DNA from: Paramoeba atlantica
Taxonomy: Eukaryota > Protista > Discosea
Direction of reading: 5' to 3'
NCBI GenBank assembly: GCA_977017575.1
Contig: CDRNVI010000023.1
Span: forward strand, 310,001 to 374,000
DNA: 64,000 bases
Shown here: piece after piece, positions 46,910-55,976 of the stretch
How positions within the stretch are numbered: position 1 is the stretch's first letter
Layout: every line of letters starts with the position of its first letter
Translations under genes and position numbers: made by a program
The notes under the pieces: generated by a model
Databases searched by the model: none
What the model was told of the DNA's origin: nothing
What the model saw: the letters and a program-made list of their open reading frames with translations, nothing else

Positions 46910-47609
46910 TTGGCGAGCTGGGCGGGATGACAGCCAGCGCGGACATGCGCCTGCTGCAGCAAAGGCGAATGTGCATCGTTTCAAGGACTGTCCCATGAAG
47001 CTTCTAATGGTAGATCGTCCCGACACATATTCACTACAGCGTAATGTACAGCGTATGTTGATTATGTGCAAGAGGAACGCGGAAGCAAACATTATGCCCT
47101 GCATGTTTGGAGATTAGATGACTGATTTTTAGCTAGAATAATAGAAAACCAGCGCCGCGAAGCGGCGCATTTTTTTTGCCCCTTTTCCAAAACATTTGCT
47201 TCTCGGATTTTTCAAAAAATCAGACCCCCCCTTTATACTTCCAAAAGTACCGAAACCGTCGGAAGTATAAAGGGAGGGTGACATTACTTAGTAATTATAA
47301 ATTGCCTGAAAATGCCAAAAAATGACGAAAAATAATTATTCCCTTAATTAGCGTTCCTTTAATTGCGGTGGATGTATAACTACCGCTCTACCCTCGATTA
47401 TTGAAAAAAAAGTGAACAAAAACAATGAAAATATAAAGAGGAACACAGTGATATAATAGAAGAAAAAAATATAAAAGGGGGCTCTGGCGGTCCAAAACTG
47501 AAAAAAAAAATTGAAAAAAATGGGGGGTCCAGCGGGGAATCCAGGGGGGGGCATACAGTGCGCCCAGATAGTAAAGTTTTTTTTTGGTAGTTACCACCGA
47601 CTTTGGGTA
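46910..47609. repeat. About 700-bp near-identical inverted duplication of 52736-53434
   Basis: Base-by-base reverse-complement match spanning an element end, the unique spacer and the 5' part of a hairpin-ended element. Confidence 0.9.
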
Positions 47610-48182
47610 ACTACTAAAAAAACCTTTACTATTTGGGAAAACCGTTTTTTGGGACATTACTAACTGGGCGCACTGTACGCCGTTTTTTGAAATTTTCAAA
47701 ATCTTGATTTTCGAAATCGAGCGCATGGAAGTGGTAGAGTAGGCTGCAGCGATGACTTTCCATCCCCCCACCTGGGGGTACCCCCCCTGGTACGCGCAGG
47801 AGGGGTCCAACAAGGACAAAAATTCCGAATTTTTTGGTATGACCAAAAAATAAATTTGACCCAAGAAAAAGGAAAAATATCATTTTTCCAAAATCGGCTT
47901 CTAAAACGTAATTGGAGAGTTTGGGACCTCAGCTACCGTTCCACGACGTTTGTTTCGACAGATTCGCCTCCTGCCCCTGCTGGTAAGGCATCCAAAACGT
48001 CCCAAATTCGGGTTTGGATGAATCGAACTTTTTCACGCAACAAAACTAGATTATTCATGACCTTTTGGCGATTTTGCTTTTTTAGGCTCCTCGTTAAACG
48101 CGGAGGTAGTTTTCAATGCGAAGCGCGCAGCATGAGTGACTTCTAAGTTGAAAACAACCACCGCGTTTAACGAAGAGCCTAA
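47364..48182 (+). mobile_element. Full-length hairpin-ended element, type-2 body, carrying a nested MITE
   Basis: 5' small hairpin at 47364 and large hairpin at 48082-48182. Confidence 0.85.
47556..47675. mobile_element. 120-bp Tc1-type MITE nested in the hairpin-ended element
   Basis: TA|CAGTGCGCCCAG ... CTGGGCGCACTG|TA. It is absent from the sister copy near 25760. Confidence 0.8.
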
Positions 48183-48273
48183 TTGGCGTTCCCTTATTTA
48201 ATCTGTCTTTTAATGAATGTTTCCACGGTATTATCATTACATCACTTAGGCACGATATTAAATACTAACAACA

Positions 48274-48828
48274 ATGTTCGTCGCTCTCTTCACTCTGTTG
48301 GTAACAATACCGCCTCAACTTTATTTTGAGGACACAGCACCTCAGTTATCTCGATTAGGAAAACCCCTTGCGGCTATGTTGCCCGAAGAAATTTTGCTTG
48401 TTCAATTTATTTCCAATCTCACCAACACAGACCGTAGTTGGCGAGCGACGAAGAAAAATATATTTTACAAGACAAAAGTTGTGTCAGCTTGCACGTGGAG
48501 GGGTGTTCAATGTACCTCGGAGTCCAAAGTACAAGGATTGTGGTGGAATTACTTCAGTCTGTCTGGAGAGCCAAACTGGCATTCGCTTCCGGCACATCTT
48601 CGTGATATTGATTTATCTTTTAATAGATTAACCGGCGAAGTACCATTTTCTGTTCTCCCACCGAGCCTGCGGATACTCCATTTACAGAATAACCAGTTTG
48701 TTGGTGAATTACGCTTAAACGATCTTCCGTTCGGTATACGCAGCGCTGATCTGCAAAACAACGAATTCATCAAAACCAAGGGCTTCGCAGACAAATATCC
48801 GGAATCTCTCAAAGACCTTCACTATTGA
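48274..48828 (+). CDS. Leucine-rich repeat protein (LRR-8)
   Basis: Hydrophobic N-terminus, SACTWRGVQC cap and four LRR units. Confidence 0.85.
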   Translation: MFVALFTLLVTIPPQLYFEDTAPQLSRLGKPLAAMLPEEILLVQFISNLTNTDRSWRATKKNIFYKTKVVSACTWRGVQCTSESKVQGLWWNYFSLSGEPNWHSLPAHLRDIDLSFNRLTGEVPFSVLPPSLRILHLQNNQFVGELRLNDLPFGIRSADLQNNEFIKTKGFADKYPESLKDLHY

Positions 48829-49016
48829 AGTTATGAACCCTTTTCACGCAAACAAAATGATTCTACTGATATGCATTGTACACCATTGTAATAATTTTCA
48901 ATGATTTGGAAAACATTTTTATGGGTCGACTTTAATACGCTGCGTTTTATCACATAATACCGGGCAAAACAGGGAAACGGGGGTGTAGTGCAGAGGTTTT
49001 CTTAACCAATATTAAC

Positions 49017-49447
49017 CAGGGCCATGGATGCATGCTGGCAAATGGAGTCATGGTTCATGATGCATCATGGGCATCGGGGTCCCACAGAATCCACCACGGC
49101 TGGTGAGCAAGAGAGGTGCATAGAACATCCTCTAGAACACGCATACAACGTGTTTGCTCGCCGTGTGGGAGACTTCCGGTATATGGAAGCCTCTTGAGCG
49201 CAGAAGCACCGGTGTCGCGTTTGTGCGAAGGGTGTGGCACGCCGCGTGGTCCCGTAGAAGGGTCCTGCAGCGCTCGGAGGACGGTTCCGAGCGGGGTGGT
49301 GGGAGATGAGGGAAGGGAGGCGCACCCCTACTTTGCGACAAGAGGGACAGTTCCTCTCCTAGCGCCATCCGGAAACGGGCATTAACATAGTGAAAATATC
49401 CCCGTTTCCGGGAGAGTAAAGATGAGCTAGAAATAGATAGAAATGTA
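49017..49447 (-). mobile_element. Second copy of the SL-associated element, with the exon portion degenerate or missing
   Basis: Reverse complement is highly similar to 37390-37812. Its 5' end reads GATAAAGATACATTTCTATCTATTTCTAGCTCATC. Confidence 0.8.
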
Positions 49448-49883
49448 TCTTTATCACTTATGAGATGTACTCATGTTGACACATTACAATGGCAGGCGTC
49501 CTTTATCCGAAATGGGCTACGGCGTTTGTGTAGGCAAAGAAGTGGTAAGGCAAGGGGTATATAAAAAGCGAAGGGGTATATAAGGTAAGCAGAAAAAGAA
49601 TATAATTTGAGGATAACTTGTTTATTTCTCTTTCCCAAATAAATTTTTTATCGCATGTGACGACGCTACACTAAAATATATTTTAAATAAAAAATATTTT
49701 TTTATCTGTTCTTGGCGATATTTTCATGAGCTTCCGCCCAAATAATCTTATTTGTGTCGATTGCTTTCTTTAAGTTTTTTAAACGGAAGCTCGAAAATTG
49801 TAGCGCCTTTTACTAGTTTACTAGTCCAAGCTATGACCAAATTGTTTCACCGGTAATGTTTTCACGGTAAAATACTTTTATTT

Positions 49884-50534
49884 ATGACTGCTCTTGCTCA
49901 TCTCCTGAAGCTACATCTTACAACGTTTGCTGTGATCCGCACTGCCGACTCGCACATGTCTACGTCGCGTCCTTCTAAGGTGAGAAACACAGAACTTCCA
50001 GATGAATACAATCTGGAGCGTTTTCTTAGAAATGTGGGGAAGCAGCATGATTCGTGGAGGGTTGAGAATCCTGTTTCTATGTGGGATGGCGTCACATGTA
50101 ACATGCTGGACATTGTGCATAGTATATGTATCTCGTGGACAAACCGCGACCTTACTGGAACTTTTCTGTGGGAATATATGCCGAAATCGACCGTTGCATT
50201 CGACGTTCAACAAAATAGACTAAGTGGTGAAGTGCGCTTCGAACTTTTGTCACCTAGTCTAGAATCGCTCAATTTAGCTCAGAATCTGTTTTTCGGTCCT
50301 ATTGATCTCAGATTTGCTCCGGGCGCTCTCACTGTGTTTTTCGGTGCGATGAATAAGTTCAGCGGCGAAGTTCTTCTTGGTAGTTTAAACCAAAACTTTC
50401 AGTATTTATACCTAATGAATAATCCGGATCTCAAAGGAACAATTTACAGATCTGAACTACCCCGTAGGCTTAAAACAACTGGGGTACTTCCGGGTCTTGA
50501 TGTGGGAGGCACGAACATTAAACTAATTCCATAG
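49884..50534 (+). CDS. Leucine-rich repeat protein (LRR-9)
   Basis: SKVRNTELPDEYNL...WDGVTC cap followed by LRR units. Confidence 0.85.
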   Translation: MTALAHLLKLHLTTFAVIRTADSHMSTSRPSKVRNTELPDEYNLERFLRNVGKQHDSWRVENPVSMWDGVTCNMLDIVHSICISWTNRDLTGTFLWEYMPKSTVAFDVQQNRLSGEVRFELLSPSLESLNLAQNLFFGPIDLRFAPGALTVFFGAMNKFSGEVLLGSLNQNFQYLYLMNNPDLKGTIYRSELPRRLKTTGVLPGLDVGGTNIKLIP

Positions 50535-50610
50535 AAGATTTCCACATCGATATATGAGTTTCTATTATTGCGGAGCCTGGAATTGAAAAAAAGAGTGAAT
50601 ACGTCCAGAT

Positions 50611-50915
50611 TGCGGTGGTTGTATAACTACCGCTCTACCCTCGATTATTGAAAAAAAGTCAACAAAAACAGTGAAAATATAAAGAGGAACACAGTAATAT
50701 AAATTTAACAGAGCAAATAATTATTTTTAGTGGCTTCGTTAAACGCGGTGGTTGTTTTGAACTTAGAAGTCACTCATGCTGCGCGCTTCACGCTGAAAAC
50801 TACCTCCGGGGGGTTTCCTACCCCTAGGGGTGGTCTGGACCCCCCATTTTTTTCAATTGTTTTTCAGTTTTGGGCCATATTCTTTTTATTATATTACTGT
50901 ATTCCTCTTTATATT
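50611..50915. mobile_element. Rearranged fragments of the hairpin-ended family
   Basis: 5' end at 50611-50700, a truncated TTAGTGG-variant large hairpin at 50727-50807 and an inverted 5'-tract fragment to about 50915. Confidence 0.75.
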
Positions 50916-51457
50916 GAGGGAGATACTACTCCCTCGCTACCGTAGGTTAATTCGTCGTGCCCGATTTGTGGCCCGATTTCGTGCCCGATATCGTTTCAGG
51001 TGAGTTTTCGAAAAAAATGTTTACAAAGACGTATGAATCGAACTTAGTGACAAGACCACTAGTTTTTCAACAATTCCGATGGGTTCCCCCTGCCCCCTCC
51101 CCTCCCCACCAGGGTGATCATAGCAATTTCTGAAATTTTGAAAAAAAAACTGAAAATTTATGGGTGAAAGTGAAAAATTATATTTTTCCCGAATCAACTC
51201 CTAGACTGCTTTTTGAGCGTTTGGAGCCTTCTATACCTGTATACGCTTTGGTTTCATTCGATATTTCTCCACCCTGTGCCGGTAATTCACCTATAAAGGC
51301 CAAAATTTACCTGGAAGTGTGTGACACGCAAGGCCGTAGAGGAAGGAGGAGGCGCAAGGCAGAAGGCGTAGCCTTCTGTCTTTTTGCCGCGGCGACGACG
51401 ACTTCCTCGCGTGGGAAGCTGTAAGATTTCCTAGTGGGCATCTTTCGATGGCTATGT

Positions 51458-51651
51458 AACCCAGGCTAAAGTGGACGAGGGAGATACTAAAGGCACCTTT
51501 GGCAAACTACCACAAAACTGGAACGGTATCTCCCGGTTTGTAGAGCACTCTGATGTGACAAAAGGGTCTTTAACGGGAGATACCGTTCCAGTTTTGTGGT
51601 AGTTTGCCAAAGGTGCCTTTAATATCTCCCTCGTCCACTTTAGCCTGGGTT
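51458..51651. repeat. 78-bp near-perfect inverted repeat with a 38-bp spacer
   Basis: Arms 51458-51535 and 51574-51651 differ at one base. Confidence 0.9.
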
Positions 51652-51789
51652 TTCAATGTTTTTGTTCACTTTTTCAATTATCGAGGGTAGAGCGGTAGTT
51701 ATACAACCACCACAATGTACGTTAAAGTGAAACTTTTCAGTAATTTTTAATTTTAATCCTTGATATGAGTGATGTTTCTAGGATTATTT

Positions 51790-52428
51790 GCCGTTTGTTT
51801 GCCCATCACCCCTCCTGGGTCATGGGTGGGCATGGTCAAAGTTGGCAAAATTCAAAAAAAAAATTGAACGGGGGTAGAAAATGGAAAAAAAAAGTTTATG
51901 AATTCCTATGTAAATTAATTTACATTTATTAATACCCACCATGGTCTCCTTGAACGCTCTGCACTATTCGCAAGCGTTTAGGTACTGAACTTAAACTATT
52001 TAAGACTTGGCGTCGATAATGGTGACGCTTAAGTATCAGAAAGGCTTTCTTTACTGCCTTCCGGAGCTGTGTTTCAGTCTCTAGCTTCAAAATTTCTTTC
52101 ACAATTCGGTCCATTATTGACCAGACATTCTCGATCGGATTGAGGCCAGGAGAGAGTATATTGACGGACAATTTCAAGGCGCTCTGGGAGTGTACATCGC
52201 GACGTTTTATGGGTAATAGTGGGTGTCTTATTTTTCGGCGAGTTGGAGTACTGGCCTTTAGTAGATTTAACGGGGGTGTCCCTCAAATTCATAGAATAAG
52301 AAACCATATTTGAATAAAAAGCTCCTAAATTCTTGAAATATTGGGACTTTTCGGTAAAATTATGCTATTTTTTCGTATTTATTTCTATATATTTTTGACC
52401 CAGGGGGGGGGATGGGCAAACAAACGGC
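51790..52428 (-). mobile_element. Internally deleted Tc1/IS630-like element
   Basis: TIRs of about 32 bp (GCCGTTTGTTTGCCCATC..CCTGGGTCA) enclose LSPGLNPIENVWSIMDR at 51929-52177 and an N-terminal fragment. Confidence 0.7.
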
Positions 52429-52644
52429 GGGAAATGCTCTAGTTTTTCGAGATCTGCTGGATGTCGAAGGAATTAGGTCAAAAGTTCTTACGGTGTGTTC
52501 TGGAGCCTGGGGGACCAGTACTTGGACTGTATACATGTACATGTATCTCCAAGTATCTGCAGCTACTGACAGCATACTCTCCAATGATCTAACCTGCAGT
52601 GTGATCTGCAATGTTGATTATTAACATCTACTTACGCAAAATAC

Positions 52645-54034
52645 TGTCACCCCCCCTTTATACTTCCGCCGGTTTCGGTGCCTTTGGAAGTATAAAGGGG
52701 GGGTCTGACTTTCGGAAGTATAAAGTCGGGTGGTATACCCAAAGTCGGTGGTAACTACCAAAAAAAACTTTACTATCTGGGCGCACTGTATGCCCCCCCC
52801 TGGATTCCCCGCTGGACCCCCCATTTTTTTCAATTTTTTTTTTCAGTTTTGGACCGCCAGAGCCCCCTTTTATATTTTTTTCTTCTATTATATCACTGTG
52901 TTCCTCTTTATATTTTCATTGTTTTTGTTCACTTTTTTTTCAATAATCGAGGGTAGAGCGGTAGTTATACATCCACCGCAATTAAAGGAACGCTAATTAA
53001 GGGAATAATTATTTTTCGTCATTTTTTGGCATTTTCAGGCAATTTATAATTACTAAGTAATGTCACCCTCCCTTTATACTTCCGACGGTTTCGGTACTTT
53101 TGGAAGTATAAAGGGGGGGTCTGATTTTTTGAAAAATCCGAGAAGCAAATGTTTTGGAAAAGGGGCAAAAAAAAATGCGCCGCTTCGCGGCGCTGGTTTC
53201 CTATTATTCTAGCTAAAAATCAATCATCTAATCTCCAAACAAGCAGGGCATAATGTTTGCTTCCGTGTTCCTCTTGCACACAATCAACATACGCTGTATA
53301 TTACGCTGTAGTGAATATGTGTCGGGACGATCTACCATTAGAAGCTTCATGGGACAGTCTTTGAAACGAGGTACATTCGCCTTTGCTGCAGCAGGAGCAT
53401 GTCCGCGCTGGCTGTCATCCCGCCCAGTTCGCTAAGGAGGAGTTCGTCAATTTTTTCGCATCTCGACATGTTTGTCCTTGTGCAAACCCCATCGCGCTTG
53501 CGACTATGATAGATTTACTTTTTTCTGGAAAAATCCGATACCATTTTTCCGGATGGAGCGGATGGTTCGAGATCAGACGCCGTACTTCTCGCTGATTTGT
53601 GGAGCACTGCTACTTTCATTTATTCTCGAATGACACGCATTCAACTTCTCCTACATTGTTGGGTTCTTTCCTTCCTGGGGTGAACCGACGGACACTTGTA
53701 ATGTGCAGGCTCCGCGCAGGCTCCGCGCTTGAAACCATTATTTCGTTGGGAGGCCGAACGCGATGAAGAGGGGAATAAAGCTTAACCCACTGTGAGTATT
53801 GACATGGGAAAAAATACGGCAAATAATTTAAATGTATATCTAGCAATATCTCTACACACATCTCTAACGTTTAATAAAAAAAATGTAGAAAATTGTTGAT
53901 TTATGTAGAAAATTTGTTGCTTCGCGGCGCATTTTTTTTGGGACCGGAAGTATAAAGCGGGGGTGCTGATTTTTCATCTGGATGAAAACGGAAAAAAAAA
54001 ATTGACCCCCCTGAAGTATAAAGGGGGGGTGACA
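52645..54034. mobile_element. Composite non-autonomous TIR element (CCCCCTTTATACTTC family) with two left ends and captured flank
   Basis: TIR TGTCACCCCCCCTTTATACTTC at 52645, inverse at 54034 and a second left end near 53062. It contains a hairpin-element fragment at 52738-52980. Confidence 0.7.
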
Positions 54035-54557
54035 CTTCCTAAACGAAAAATAGAATAAAAATCAGAAGTTTCATCAATTTTTGCGCCACAAAGACAGGAG
54101 TGTGCACTGCAAAGGGAGGAAAACACTCATCAAATATTTTCAATAAGAAAATTAATTTTAAGTAATTTTAGAATTAATTTTAATTTAGACTTTAAAAATT
54201 TTAATTAAGAATTTATTTTAGGTTTACATTTTACCGTCAAAGTGCTAATTAACAGAAGAAATATCATTGGAATAGTAATTAACGGAATAATAATTAACGG
54301 AATATTTATCTTTTTTTAGATTTTCACCAAAATCTTCCCAAACATTTTAGCCAGTGAGCGGTCTGTTCATCGACGAAATTCGAAGCACTTCTCTCCTGAA
54401 GAAACAAAAGCGACGTTACCACGAAAAGATGAATCGATTAAGCCGTATCAGCGGAGCGTTTCTCTTAACGTTTAAAGTTTTGTAGAAATTTAGTAAAAAT
54501 CATTGGAATAGTAATTAACGGAATAATTTCAGCCCAAAAAAACATTCCGTTAATTTT

Positions 54558-55340
54558 TTAGTGGCTTCGTTAAACGCGGTGGTTGTTTTCAACTTAGAAG
54601 TCGCTCATGCAGCGCTCTTCGCGTTGAAAACTACCTTCGCGTTTAACGAATCCACTAAAAAAGAAAAATTCCCAAAACATTGTGAATAAACAATTTTTTC
54701 GGGCAAAACGGCCCGATTTTTCGGCGAAAATGGCGAAATTTTAACCGAAATTTAGGCCGTTTTTGATGCCTGACCATTAGTGGTAGGAGGCGAATCTGTT
54801 GAAAAAAACGTCGTAGAATGGTAGCTGAGGTCCAAAACTCTTAAAATACGTTTTAGGAGTCCATTTCGGAAAAATAATATTTTTCCTTTTTTTTGGGTCA
54901 AAATCTTATTTTTGGGTCATCCCAAATATTTCGGAAATTTTGACCTTGTCGGACCCCTCCTGCGCGTACCAGGGGCGGTCACCCCCAAGTGGGGGGGGGG
55001 ACTTCTTTAGGGGGACTTCTTTAGGGGGACTTCTTTTAACTCTACCACTTCCCTGCGCTCGATTTTAAAAAGCAAAAAAATCGAGAAAAAATTGTGACGT
55101 ACGCCCCCTGGACCTCCACCTGGACCACCCCCTGGATATGCCCCCCATGGACCCCCCCATGGACCCCCCATGTTTTTGAATTTGTTTTTTTCAGTTTTGG
55201 ACCACCGGAGCCCCCTTTTATATTTTTTTCTTCTATTATATTACTGTGTTTCTCTTTATAAAATTTCTCTTTATTTTCACTGTTTTTGTTCATTTTTTTT
55301 CAATAATCGAGGGTAGAGCGGTAGTTATACAACGACCGCA
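54558..55340 (-). mobile_element. Full-length hairpin-ended element, type-2 body, TTAGTGG/CCACTAA variant
   Basis: Large hairpin at 54558-54658 and small hairpin ending at 55340. VNTR-like expansions lie near 54996-55036 and 55100-55170. Confidence 0.85.
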
Positions 55341-55976
55341 ATTATTATTATTGTTAATAACTTATTAACAATGCTTATTAATAATAAGCACTTTGACAGT
55401 AGTTTAATTTTTTAGGAAATTATTATTGTGTATGTTCTGAATGGATCATCCGCGCAACCATGCAGCGAAACTTCGCTCTCAAAAGCCTCCAACAAACTCG
55501 TCCCTTCTGGGATTTTTCACCTCGTATCGCACAGTTCTTGTGCTTACCACAAGCGTGTTCGCGTTTCTTACCATGGCTTACAACGTGCAAGAGCAGATGC
55601 ACTCCGAAAGAAGGTGTGTAAAATGCAAAGCGCAACCTTATAGAGGTTGAAAAAGAAAACATGGCACAAACGTTGGACTACGATTTAAAACGCCATACTA
55701 GGCGTAGATCCATCTTTGCTTCTAGGCGAATTAGCACTAGACAATCTAGTTGAATTAAGATCGCGTCGTAAAATACTTTTTTATTGCACGTTTATCCACT
55801 TTTGCACTACGTCTATTGTAAGAGTGGCGGTGCCAAAGATCTCTATGGAACCCTCTTATTATTACATATTTTTTGTTAGAAAACATTTCTCACTAAAGAA
55901 ATTACCTAGTCATCAATTTCTTTTGTGCACTTCCTTTGATCAAACTGGCGAAAGCGTATACCTACGCTTAATAAAA

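Noticed and set aside
55441-55650. 69-aa plus-strand ORF with a hydrophobic stretch as a small membrane protein
   Set aside because: It is short, has no recognisable family and no clear upstream acceptor tract. Expression data would be needed.
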